Shown here: positions 28,479 through 36,874 of the stretch, in pieces
How positions within the stretch are numbered: position 1 is the first letter of the stretch
Layout of the letters: every line of letters begins with the position of its first letter
Source of the DNA: Candidatus Micrarchaeia archaeon
GTDB lineage: Archaea > Micrarchaeota > Micrarchaeia > CAILAH01
Assembly (NCBI GenBank): GCA_038874595.1
Contig: JAVZCB010000001.1
Coordinates: forward strand, 1-64,000
DNA length: 64,000 bases
Direction of reading: 5' to 3'
Made by a program: the position numbers and the translations under genes
Notes under the pieces: model-generated
Told to the model about the DNA's origin: nothing
What the model saw: the letters and a program-made list of their open reading frames with translations, nothing else
The model's database searches: none

Positions 28479-28536
28479 GTTATCACTATGTTATTTTTCT
28501 GCATAATGCTTTTTAAATTAAACAGGATATGGCCCG

Positions 28537-28712
28537 GCTACTTATGTGCTATGGAGGAATAAATGCTCTAACACTTTCCTGTGATACACCCCTGAGAGCT
28601 GCGGCTGCTACTTATGCGATATGCAGGAATAAATGCTCTAACCCAGATATTTAAGGCCGCTTGATTTTGCGCACGCACTAGTTATGCGGCTGAGTGCTGG
28701 AACGGCTATAAC
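28537..28712. repeat. Degenerate array of 36-bp repeats with 34-bp unique spacers (70-bp period)
   Basis: Copies at 28537 and 28607 differ at 3 of 36 nt; a third in-register copy at 28677 matches 20 of 36. Confidence 0.65.
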
Positions 28713-28894
28713 ATATAGGCTATATATACCTCTTAAACCGTTTCTGTATAGGTTTCTATCAAAGAAAGATTAGGATTTGGCTTACAAGTATGCAGTATCT
28801 TTATTGCTCACCTCAGGCCAGAACTTATTAAATTTACCGTGGCAAAAAGAAGGTTTAGAGGGGCATTCGCCTCCCAGCGGTGAGGATAAGGCAA

Positions 28895-29087
28895 GCCTCC
28901 GTAGCTCAGTGGTAGAGCGCTCGCCTCGTATATGGGCTATGGGGAAGTACCCCCTTCCTATAAAAGAAAGCGAGAGGCCAAGGGTTCAAAGTGAGGTTGC
29001 ATCCTCCCATTGCACTCCCTGAAAACTTCGCTTTGTAGGCTAAGGATGCAGTGGGAATGTTTCTTCCTGAAAATCCCTTCGGGGGCT
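28895..29087 (+). tRNA. tRNA-Thr(CGU) with two introns (37/38: 28931-28968; 59/60: 28991-29073)
   Basis: GCCUCCG/CGGGGGC acceptor with U73, CUCGC/GCGAG anticodon stem, AAGGG/CCCUU T-stem, UUCA/UGAA BHB helix. Confidence 0.88.
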
Positions 29088-29091
29088 TTAT

Positions 29092-29919
29092 ATGAAGGAT
29101 ATAGGAATAATTGGTATTGGAAGAGTTGGCGGCCTTCTGGCGTATAATCTTCTGAGTAAGGGCTACAATGTAAAGGCCAATGATGTAGTTGAATCGTATG
29201 CCCGTGGCCAGGTTTTGGACCTTAAGCATGCATTTGCATTCAGCAATGTTTCTGTGGAATTCGCGAAGATAGAGGAGATGCTTGATTCAAAAGTCATAGT
29301 CATTACTGCTGGGTTCCCGCGAGTACCTAATGAAACTCGCGCTAACCTTATGTCCAGGAATAGGACAGTGATTCAAAGTATTCTTGAAAAGCTAAGCGGG
29401 TATGGGGGTACCATTATTACGGTAACAAATCCCGTAGATGCGATAAACACATTAGCGGCCGAAAAGTTTGGGCGTGAAAAGGCATTTGGATTTGGTAATA
29501 CGCTTGATACTGCACGGCTCGTGAGTATTACCGGTGGTGCACTTGATTTTGTAATCGGTGAGCACGGTGAGAATTTTGTCCCCATCCTTTCAAATAAGAA
29601 TACCGATCGTGATAATATCGTTGAGAAAGTGAGGTCAGAAAACCAGTTCGTTGTTGAAAACAAGAAAGGAACAGAATATGCACCAGCATATCATCTTGCT
29701 GAGCTTGCATCTGCAATTGCTGAAGGTGGTGAGTTCACTACGTACGTTTCTGTGTTATGCAACGGCGAATTTGGTGTTGATGGCATCTCAATAGGAGTGC
29801 CTGTTCGTATCCGTGCCGGAAAGCTTCATAGTATTAGTGAGTGCCATCTTGATGATTGGGAAAGGAATCGGTTTGTTATGGGTGTTGAGTCAATAAAAAA
29901 AGCAGTTATGCAAAAGTAG
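29092..29919 (+). CDS. mdh: Malate dehydrogenase (LDH/MDH family)
   Basis: GIGRVG, TAGFPR..TR, VTNPVD, LDTAR, GEHG; Arg at the substrate-specificity site. Confidence 0.8.
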   Translation: MKDIGIIGIGRVGGLLAYNLLSKGYNVKANDVVESYARGQVLDLKHAFAFSNVSVEFAKIEEMLDSKVIVITAGFPRVPNETRANLMSRNRTVIQSILEKLSGYGGTIITVTNPVDAINTLAAEKFGREKAFGFGNTLDTARLVSITGGALDFVIGEHGENFVPILSNKNTDRDNIVEKVRSENQFVVENKKGTEYAPAYHLAELASAIAEGGEFTTYVSVLCNGEFGVDGISIGVPVRIRAGKLHSISECHLDDWERNRFVMGVESIKKAVMQK

Positions 29920-29921
29920 TT

Positions 29922-30647
29922 TTACTTAGGGCTATCAGCTTCTTTAAGAGCCAGTGAGAGTTCTATCACACTCATGATTGCATTCATAGTCTCGTAATCG
30001 TGTATGCGCCCTATATCTGCCCAGTACTCAGTGAATTTATACCCACTGATTTTCTTGCCCTGCTCAAGCAGGCGCGGGAACACGTGCTTTGCAAAATCCT
30101 CTTTCGGGTTGATATAATCAAATATCTCCGGCTCAAGGATGTATATACCTGCATTTATCAGATTTGATAGTATCGGCTTTTCCATAAATGTGCTTATAGT
30201 ATCATCGTCATTTAGGCCCACGATCCCATACTCAACAGGTGTGCCCTGCATTTTTAGCGCGATTGTTGCGATGTTATTTTTCTTCTTATGGAAGGCTAAC
30301 ATCTCATCAACATTTATTGCTGTTATATGGTCCCCCATCCCAACAAAAAATGTTTCTGTGAGTTTGTTTTTTGCACCGAGCACCGAGCCGGCAGTATTCA
30401 ATTTCTCATTCTCAATTACATACTCAATGTTAACACCAAATTTTGAGCCGTCCCCAAAATAATCAAATATCTTATCGTGCAGGTATCCAACGGTCAATAT
30501 AAAATCCCGAATACCATACCGCTTGAGGTTGAGCAGCACAAACTCAAGTATGGGCCTGTTTCCTAGGCGCAGCATCGGTTTAGGGATGTTGTATGTATAT
30601 GGCCTCAGGCGGGTCCCTTCACCACCGCACAATATTACAGCTTTCAT
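29922..30647 (-). CDS. Sugar-phosphate nucleotidyltransferase
   Basis: GGEGTRLRPYT..PKPM, EKP, WADIG. Confidence 0.93.
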   Translation of the reverse strand: MKAVILCGGEGTRLRPYTYNIPKPMLRLGNRPILEFVLLNLKRYGIRDFILTVGYLHDKIFDYFGDGSKFGVNIEYVIENEKLNTAGSVLGAKNKLTETFFVGMGDHITAINVDEMLAFHKKKNNIATIALKMQGTPVEYGIVGLNDDDTISTFMEKPILSNLINAGIYILEPEIFDYINPKEDFAKHVFPRLLEQGKKISGYKFTEYWADIGRIHDYETMNAIMSVIELSLALKEADSPK

Positions 30648-30668
30648 TTCATAACCTCCAAATTATCA

Positions 30669-31811
30669 TTAATCAGATTTTCTGATTTCCTTTTCCCAGC
30701 GTTGAAATTTACCATCAAAACGCTCGATTGTGTCAAGTATCTTTTCAGTAGAGTGGCCATCCCCGTATGGGTTTGGGGCGGAAGCCATTCTCGTGTACAC
30801 CTCTTTGTTCTCAAGCACGTTTTTTGTTTCGTGGATTATGTCCTCTTTTTTAAATCCGATGCACTTGTTTGAGCCTGTTGCAAGCGTCTCGGGCCTATCC
30901 GTTACATAGCGCAAAGTCAAGCAAGGTATGTGCATGCAGGCAGTCTCCTCTTGAAGCCCGCCGCTATCTGTGAGTACCAGGTCAGATGATTTTACAAGAG
31001 ATAATACATCAGTATATTTTTCAAGCGAGGGGTATGCCCATATGATATGACTAGCTGATGTAAGACGGTCAAGATATCCGTATTCCTTTGCGGCGCGCTG
31101 TGTCCCTGGCAGCACAGCACAAAATATTGTATACTCCTTAAGTGCAAGGAGGGCCTCAAATATGCCTTCCATACGTTGCCTGCTCATTGTGTTTTCGCGC
31201 CTGTGTGCCGAGAAAAATATAAGCTTCTTTCCAGCAGGGATTTTGAGCTGTTCCCTGATTTTTGGGTTTTTGTTACCGTAAATCCTGACAGCATCAACAA
31301 TGGTGTTGCCAACAACGAATATCCTGTCCTTTGGGAAACCTTCATTCAAGAGGTTTTTGTAGTTTGTCTCAGTAGCCGGGAAGTAAAGTGAGGATGCCGC
31401 ATCTGCACATCTTGTGCAAATCTGCTCCGGAAACGGCTCCCACGAATGCGTACGCAGCCCAGATTCAATATGGCCTACGGGAATCAAGCATAACGCGCTT
31501 GCAATTGATGCAAACAGTGCAGTAAAGGTATCCCCGTGTACAAGCACGATATCTGGCATTTCATTGCGCAGGATTGGTTCAAGCTTTGTTATGACGCCGC
31601 TACCTATTTCACACGGTGTGCCTCGCACATCTAAAGAATAATGCGGCCTCTCAATACCAAGGTCATCAAACACGCCAGAAAACAGTTCCCTGTCATAATG
31701 CTGCCCGGTCCATACGATGATATTTGTATGGCCGCGCCGTTTTGCTTCGCTTATTATTGGTGCCATCTTTATTATCTCAGGCCGTGTGCCCATACAGTGC
31801 ATTATTTTCAT
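30669..31811 (-). CDS. wecB: UDP-N-acetylglucosamine 2-epimerase (non-hydrolysing)
   Basis: GTRPEIIK, GQHYD, HIESGLR, HRREN, DSGGLQEE, NPYGDG. Confidence 0.95.
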   Translation of the reverse strand: MKIMHCMGTRPEIIKMAPIISEAKRRGHTNIIVWTGQHYDRELFSGVFDDLGIERPHYSLDVRGTPCEIGSGVITKLEPILRNEMPDIVLVHGDTFTALFASIASALCLIPVGHIESGLRTHSWEPFPEQICTRCADAASSLYFPATETNYKNLLNEGFPKDRIFVVGNTIVDAVRIYGNKNPKIREQLKIPAGKKLIFFSAHRRENTMSRQRMEGIFEALLALKEYTIFCAVLPGTQRAAKEYGYLDRLTSASHIIWAYPSLEKYTDVLSLVKSSDLVLTDSGGLQEETACMHIPCLTLRYVTDRPETLATGSNKCIGFKKEDIIHETKNVLENKEVYTRMASAPNPYGDGHSTEKILDTIERFDGKFQRWEKEIRKSD

Positions 31812-32572
31812 TTTAACCTCTCCACATCTTTCCATTCAGAAGTAAATACAAACCCGCCCAGCCTGCCCTGTGAAGCTAGAAGCGGGAACACATCCCTTTC
31901 AAGCGAGCCTATCACAGGAAGATATTCAAAAATATCAGCACCCATCACATACAGTCCAGTGCTTATGATATTGCTGCGGGATTTTTTTGTCTTCTCGTGG
32001 AACCCTAGTATATCATTACCCTCCATCTCAACCGTCCCATATTCAGATGCTAAACTGCTTTCTCTTACTGCTATGGTTGCCACCTTGCCACTTCTCTCGT
32101 GCTGTAGCACCATTGAAGGCAAATCAAATCCAAATAAAGAATCTGCATTTGCAACAATAAACGTTAGCCCAACAAGCTGGCGGCAGCCATGCAATGCACC
32201 TGCAGTGCCAGATGGTTTCTGCTCAAGGAGGTAGTATATCTTCACATTGAATCTGGAGCCGTCACCGAAATATTCGCGTATGCGCTGCTCCTTTGAGTCT
32301 AGTGTTATAATAAACCTATTTATGCCATACTGTGCCATCCATTTGATAAGAGATTGCAGGACGGGGTGGCCGTTGTGCAATCGCATTGCCTTTTCCTCGC
32401 CTTTGGGGCCGCCTGCCAGTATAACAGCGGTGGTAACATTGCCCCTGAGCGCTTTTCTTAGGAGAAGCTCAATGGCCTGAGAACGGCTACGCACTTCCTT
32501 TCCATCAATAGTGCGTTCTACCTCTCTGAGCAGCTGTGGGTCTATTGAGATTGCTATTTTTTCCTGTTTCAT
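31808..32572 (-). CDS. Ribbon-helix-helix domain fused to a degenerate nucleotidyltransferase domain
   Basis: KIAISID..RSRSQAIELLLR RHH; NTP-transferase body lacking the GxGTR(L) signature. Confidence 0.8.
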   Translation of the reverse strand: MKQEKIAISIDPQLLREVERTIDGKEVRSRSQAIELLLRKALRGNVTTAVILAGGPKGEEKAMRLHNGHPVLQSLIKWMAQYGINRFIITLDSKEQRIREYFGDGSRFNVKIYYLLEQKPSGTAGALHGCRQLVGLTFIVANADSLFGFDLPSMVLQHERSGKVATIAVRESSLASEYGTVEMEGNDILGFHEKTKKSRSNIISTGLYVMGADIFEYLPVIGSLERDVFPLLASQGRLGGFVFTSEWKDVERLK

Positions 32573-32645
32573 ACCAGGTATTACTAAACGATGTAAGATT
32601 TATAATACTTTCTAGCATAATAGTATACAAGCGCCAGTTCATCAA

Positions 32646-32999
32646 TCACCTTCTATTTTTCAATTGTGAGTATGCTTGTATTGACTCTTTCATTGTCCAT
32701 ACTGCATATGCGGTAGCAAAAAGAAAGAATGCGATTGCAATCTCTTCAACAGGGTCCCACGGGAACCACGGCAGTGCCGAAAGCACCCTGATAACCATAA
32801 TTCCAGCCATTATGAGGAATGCATATGCAAGGAATCTCATAGTGCGTGAAAGGCTTCTCCCTTGAAGTTGGATTGCATATTCGATCAGTGATTTTGCAAT
32901 TATGAGTGCAATAAGCATATTGATAAGCTGCATTGCAAGCAGAAGCGGCTGGTTGCTGTAAATTCCAATTATGGTATTTATGAGCTGGTCGCTTACCAT
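32646..32999 (-). CDS. Small membrane protein
   Basis: Three hydrophobic helices. Confidence 0.7.
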   Translation of the reverse strand: MVSDQLINTIIGIYSNQPLLLAMQLINMLIALIIAKSLIEYAIQLQGRSLSRTMRFLAYAFLIMAGIMVIRVLSALPWFPWDPVEEIAIAFFLFATAYAVWTMKESIQAYSQLKNRR

Positions 33000-33038
33000 A
33001 TGCCTAAATCACGGTGAAATTATATAAACAAGCAAAAA

Positions 33039-33228
33039 TGCCAAGGGGGGGATTTTCAGGACGCTAGTTATAAGCCCCTTTGAACCCCCGACTTCCAGAT
33101 TGCCCAGAAACGCCTTATATATCATCGCACGTTTAAAGTGCTCATAACTCACAAGACACGAAAGGGACCGGAGCCCCCAGCCCTTTTCTTATGAGTCTGG
33201 CGCTCTAGCCAGGCTGAGCTACCTTGGC
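33039..33228 (-). tRNA. Elongator tRNA-Met(CAU) with two introns (37/38: 33101-33189; 59/60: 33053-33078)
   Basis: GCCAAGG/CCUUGGC acceptor, CCAGA/UCUGG anticodon stem, BHB helices CUCA/UGGG and UUCA/UGAA. Confidence 0.9.
33119..33156 (-). ncRNA. Intron-encoded K-turn (D'/C'-type) guide element antisense to the host pre-tRNA anticodon
   Basis: UCUUGUGAGUU-AUGA-GCAC(loop)GUGC-GAU-GA; guide pairs with GACUCAUA|AGA; N+5 position is C34. Confidence 0.65.
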
Positions 33229-33300
33229 ATTATAGGTGAGCTATTTCTTAATAAGAAAGTATTTAAAGGGTTAATAGCAATGTATATTGGGTGCATATTT

Positions 33301-35133
33301 ATGGTCAATGGAAAAAAGGTGATTGGGACACCAAAACTCACACTCACAAAAGAACAAATGGATGCGCTTAATGATTTTGCTGACGAGATAGAAAAGATAG
33401 ACCTTAAGCCAATTCCAAAAAAGCGATTATGGAGAGGTCACCATTATATGGGTGGTGCGAACGGGGTCATAAGCGACCTTGAGCTTAAGAGGCTCAACCT
33501 GCCGAGTGAGATTGAGAAGATGCAGCGGTTTATGAACCTGCTTGTAGATATAAAGTTCCTTTCGGTACAGCAGCTTAACGTCAGTGGGACTTATTCACGT
33601 GCGACGTTTGAGAGCGTGAAATCATTGCAGACAGAGCTTAACAGGTTTCTGGCAGAAAAGAAGAAAGGTGTGTATGTCCCTCCATCACAGGAAGAGAAGA
33701 AGGCAGTGGCAGCAGCCGTTGCGAAAATTGCAAAGAGTGAAGAATCCCTAAAAGGCAATATTTTCAATGCTCCTGAGGGGAAGGAGTTTGAGACCAGGAT
33801 TGGAAAGTTTACCTATAAGGTCAGGATGGGTACAAAATCCAAAGATGGAAACAACCGGGTAGGCTTTGCTGAAGTTTTTGATGAAGACGGTAATAGGCTT
33901 AAGAAAATCGCATTCACGGTTGATAAGAAGACTGGAAAAATTTATGCTGAGGGTACAATGCTTTATAGGATTCTAGTGGATGGCTATATAGGTATTGAGA
34001 CGCTAAGAGCAATGGTTGCATATCTTAAGGAAAAGACCACAATCGAGAAAGAGCTGCCTTTGCCAAAGCCAATACATCTAAGCATGAAAGTTGGGTACTC
34101 CTTTATTCCTGAGCTCATAGCAAACTGGCCCTATGAGAAGGAGGCACTTATTATCATAATAGGAAACAAAACGTTGCAAAAGAATAGTAAGCTGATTGAT
34201 ACGATAAACATGGTGCTATGGAATATGCCCTATGATGCTGAGAAATCCATACGTGAAAATCCTCCTTTTGTTGAAATAGATGGAAAAAGGTATTCTGCAA
34301 CCTGGCAGGGCTTAAGACAGGCATATATGGATGGCGTTGATGTTGACAAATTCCTGAAAGAATGGATAAATGTGCTTAAGAAGAATCCACTTACAAAAGA
34401 CCTGGTGGAGAAAGCTGAGAAAGGAAAATTAAAGAAACCTGATACACCAGTGAATTTCTTTATTACAGGCGAAATGAAGGGAACATTTGAAGGGGGGAAT
34501 ATTGGAGTTGATTTAAGTGATATTTCAGGCCTTTTTGGGCAGGCGAAGAGGAATATCGAGCAGAATTTCAGCGATAATGCGTTTAGGAAGGAGATGATCT
34601 CAGAAGTCAATAGATTACAGGCGATGGTTGAAAATGAGGCTATGAATGTTCTGCACAAGGTTGAGAAAGAGAAAGGCGAGTCTTCAATAAAAGATAGATT
34701 TATAGAAGAGCTTAACAATAATCGAGTGCTGAGAAATAGCATATACTTAATGTATAATTATTTTGGAGAATTGCCTGGGTCACTGAGTTATATCAGGCTT
34801 GATGTTACTTATACTGGGATAAACACAAAAGAAGAGATGCGCCTAAGATTGAAAGAATTCATAGATATTCAGCTCGCCAAAAATAAGAATTTGGTTGAGA
34901 AGACCTTCAAAGATGCTGGTATGTACAATGAAAATCCGATACGCATGGCGGAAAAGTTTATGGATAAATACTGTGTATATGAAGGCGGAAGGGTGCTGAT
35001 AAACCTAGATAAAATCGAATCAAAAGATATGAGGTCTTTTGCACTGCTCTTTAGATGGGAGCTGTATAAGACGCAGATTAATGCGGTGGAAAAAAAGCAG
35101 GAGGAGAAAAAAGCAGTTGCCCAAACAAATTGA
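33301..35133 (+). CDS. Hypothetical protein with a split peptidoglycan-binding-like (PGBD) domain
   Basis: EIEKMQRFMNLL..VSGTYSRATFESVKSLQ and VDGYIGIETLRAM; start moved to MVNGKK. Confidence 0.6.
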   Translation: MVNGKKVIGTPKLTLTKEQMDALNDFADEIEKIDLKPIPKKRLWRGHHYMGGANGVISDLELKRLNLPSEIEKMQRFMNLLVDIKFLSVQQLNVSGTYSRATFESVKSLQTELNRFLAEKKKGVYVPPSQEEKKAVAAAVAKIAKSEESLKGNIFNAPEGKEFETRIGKFTYKVRMGTKSKDGNNRVGFAEVFDEDGNRLKKIAFTVDKKTGKIYAEGTMLYRILVDGYIGIETLRAMVAYLKEKTTIEKELPLPKPIHLSMKVGYSFIPELIANWPYEKEALIIIIGNKTLQKNSKLIDTINMVLWNMPYDAEKSIRENPPFVEIDGKRYSATWQGLRQAYMDGVDVDKFLKEWINVLKKNPLTKDLVEKAEKGKLKKPDTPVNFFITGEMKGTFEGGNIGVDLSDISGLFGQAKRNIEQNFSDNAFRKEMISEVNRLQAMVENEAMNVLHKVEKEKGESSIKDRFIEELNNNRVLRNSIYLMYNYFGELPGSLSYIRLDVTYTGINTKEEMRLRLKEFIDIQLAKNKNLVEKTFKDAGMYNENPIRMAEKFMDKYCVYEGGRVLINLDKIESKDMRSFALLFRWELYKTQINAVEKKQEEKKAVAQTN

Positions 35134-35135
35134 GT

Positions 35136-35396
35136 TTACAATTCTTTTTTTAACCATTCATACTGCGGTTTTAATTGTGTTTGGTTATAATAATATATTG
35201 AATCATTTACGAGCCACAGGTCGGTGCTTTGCATTGTTTTTATGGTGCTTGAATAATCCTGGAACTGTAGGTAGTAATGGTTGGTTAATAGCACAATCAA
35301 TAGGAGAAGCATAAGCAGTGATAGTGCCGGCTCCAAAGATATTATAAATCCACGTTTGCTTTCTGATATACCTACGTTGATTCTGTAAGTTCTCAA
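35136..35396 (-). CDS. Pilin-like protein (class III signal peptide)
   Basis: KRG/FIISLE followed by a hydrophobic helix; start uncertain. Confidence 0.6.
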   Translation of the reverse strand: MRTYRINVGISESKRGFIISLEPALSLLMLLLLIVLLTNHYYLQFQDYSSTIKTMQSTDLWLVNDSIYYYNQTQLKPQYEWLKKEL

Positions 35397-35397
35397 T

Positions 35398-35763
35398 TCA
35401 GCACACCTCAAGTATTCCAACTTCTTTTATGTCCTTAACATAAACTCCTCGTTTTACGCAGATTAAACTTTGTGGGCCGCCATAGTAATACCCGGATGTT
35501 GTTCTTAATGATACATTTTGTGGCTTTAATGTCTGCAATTTTGCAAGCGTAATCTCGTTGTCCCTCCCTTCAGATAACTGAGATAACACACCATAACTGC
35601 GCGCAATCACAGATGCAATCTGATTGCTTGCTTTTAAGTTATTGTTTGCGCTTGATGTGATTACTGATGCTACATCAGTACATACTACCAGCATAAATAG
35701 CACTAATATAAATGCAATTATCAGGTCAATGTCAAGTATCCCGAGGTTTCTAATCTCCACCAC
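35398..35763 (-). CDS. Pilin-like protein
   Basis: RNLG/ILDID followed by a hydrophobic helix; GTG start inferred. Confidence 0.55.
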   Translation of the reverse strand: MVEIRNLGILDIDLIIAFILVLFMLVVCTDVASVITSSANNNLKASNQIASVIARSYGVLSQLSEGRDNEITLAKLQTLKPQNVSLRTTSGYYYGGPQSLICVKRGVYVKDIKEVGILEVC

Positions 35764-36046
35764 CTTGTCTCTTGTATATCTCAGCTGAAGTGATAACATT
35801 ATTTTCCCTGCAAACGGAAGCATTACCTACTGAGCAGGTTAGGTGCGGGTTGAAATAACCATGCATAATTGTGTATGAATATGCTGTTGCAATCAGTGCC
35901 GTTGATGTTGCGCGTTTTTCCAAGCATGCCATCGTAATTCCTTTTGACTGCTTATCCAAAACTGCTCCAAGCGATGCCTGAAATATTGCAACTATCATTA
36001 TTAATAAGAGAATCCCTATGAGTGCTTCAACACTTATGCTTGTCAT
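35750..36046 (-). CDS. Pilin-like small protein
   Basis: SISVE followed by an N-terminal hydrophobic helix. Confidence 0.55.
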   Translation of the reverse strand: MTSISVEALIGILLLIMIVAIFQASLGAVLDKQSKGITMACLEKRATSTALIATAYSYTIMHGYFNPHLTCSVGNASVCRENNVITSAEIYKRQGGGD

Positions 36047-36056
36047 AGTTATACCT

Positions 36057-36662
36057 TCATCTTACCTGAATATTTCTAAGTATATCTACATCATATATCT
36101 CGTGTTCTTTATCTGCAATCGTAATGCCTATCGCTGGCATCAGCACAGATAAGTCCTCAGTTGTTTCCAAATTCCCCCTCCCTATATTTATCCTTCCTGT
36201 AACTTGGTCTACAACAATGACAGATGAGCAGGCGTGCATTTCAACTCCAACTCCACGCACGCGTATAACCACCTTATCGTGTGGCTCAAATACTAAAGGA
36301 GGTTTTGTGCTCAGCCCAGCTTTTGCAGATTCAAGCATAAAATCAAGCGATGGGGTAGCTATATATCCGCACCATATATCAATTTTATATTCATTATCTT
36401 GCTCAACAATCGATTCAAAATTCTCAAGTCTTTGCGCGACCTCTTCAATTTTTTTGTAAGGTTCAGTTTCTCTGGTTGGTGTTGTTAGTACATTTTGTAT
36501 GCCACGTTTTATCTTTATCTTTTTATCATAAAATTTTTGGAGGTGATTTGTCTGCTCTTCCAGATAATATGAGGATTTTATTTCAGCATTGTAATACGTA
36601 TATATGACCACAAGAAACTCTGCTAAGAGCATAACAAGCAGGAACGAGAGTATGCCCCTCAC
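36057..36662 (-). CDS. Pilin-like / class III signal peptide protein
   Basis: MRG/ILSFL followed by a hydrophobic helix. Confidence 0.6.
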   Translation of the reverse strand: MRGILSFLLVMLLAEFLVVIYTYYNAEIKSSYYLEEQTNHLQKFYDKKIKIKRGIQNVLTTPTRETEPYKKIEEVAQRLENFESIVEQDNEYKIDIWCGYIATPSLDFMLESAKAGLSTKPPLVFEPHDKVVIRVRGVGVEMHACSSVIVVDQVTGRINIGRGNLETTEDLSVLMPAIGITIADKEHEIYDVDILRNIQVR

Positions 36663-36708
36663 ACAATCACATATGTTTTTAAATTGTCATTCTTTAAAAG
36701 AGTGATAT

Positions 36709-36851
36709 AGCGGGGTAGGGCAGCCTGGAGTGCCCGCCGGGCTCATAGCAGGGAGGTATTCCGTTCCCTGTAACCCTGGTAGTTTTTGTTTCGTAAAAGT
36801 AAACTACCTGGAGAAACCCGGAGGCCGTTGGTTCAAATCCAACCCCCGCTA
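36709..36851 (+). tRNA. Initiator tRNA-Met(CAU) with 68-nt intron at 37/38 (36748-36815)
   Basis: A1-U72 AGCGGGG/CCCCGCU acceptor, three G-C pairs in the anticodon stem. Confidence 0.93.
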
Positions 36852-36874
36852 TTCTTGTTTTTCTAAGTGATCAA

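Noticed and set aside
28777-29229. ORFs 28777..29022 and 28906..29229
   Set aside because: They overlap tRNA-Thr and mdh and have no protein features.
33039-33228. Assignment as tRNA-Ile2(CAU)
   Set aside because: The GCC-starting acceptor fits elongator Met; the Ile-type GGGCC acceptor is on the UAU tRNA.
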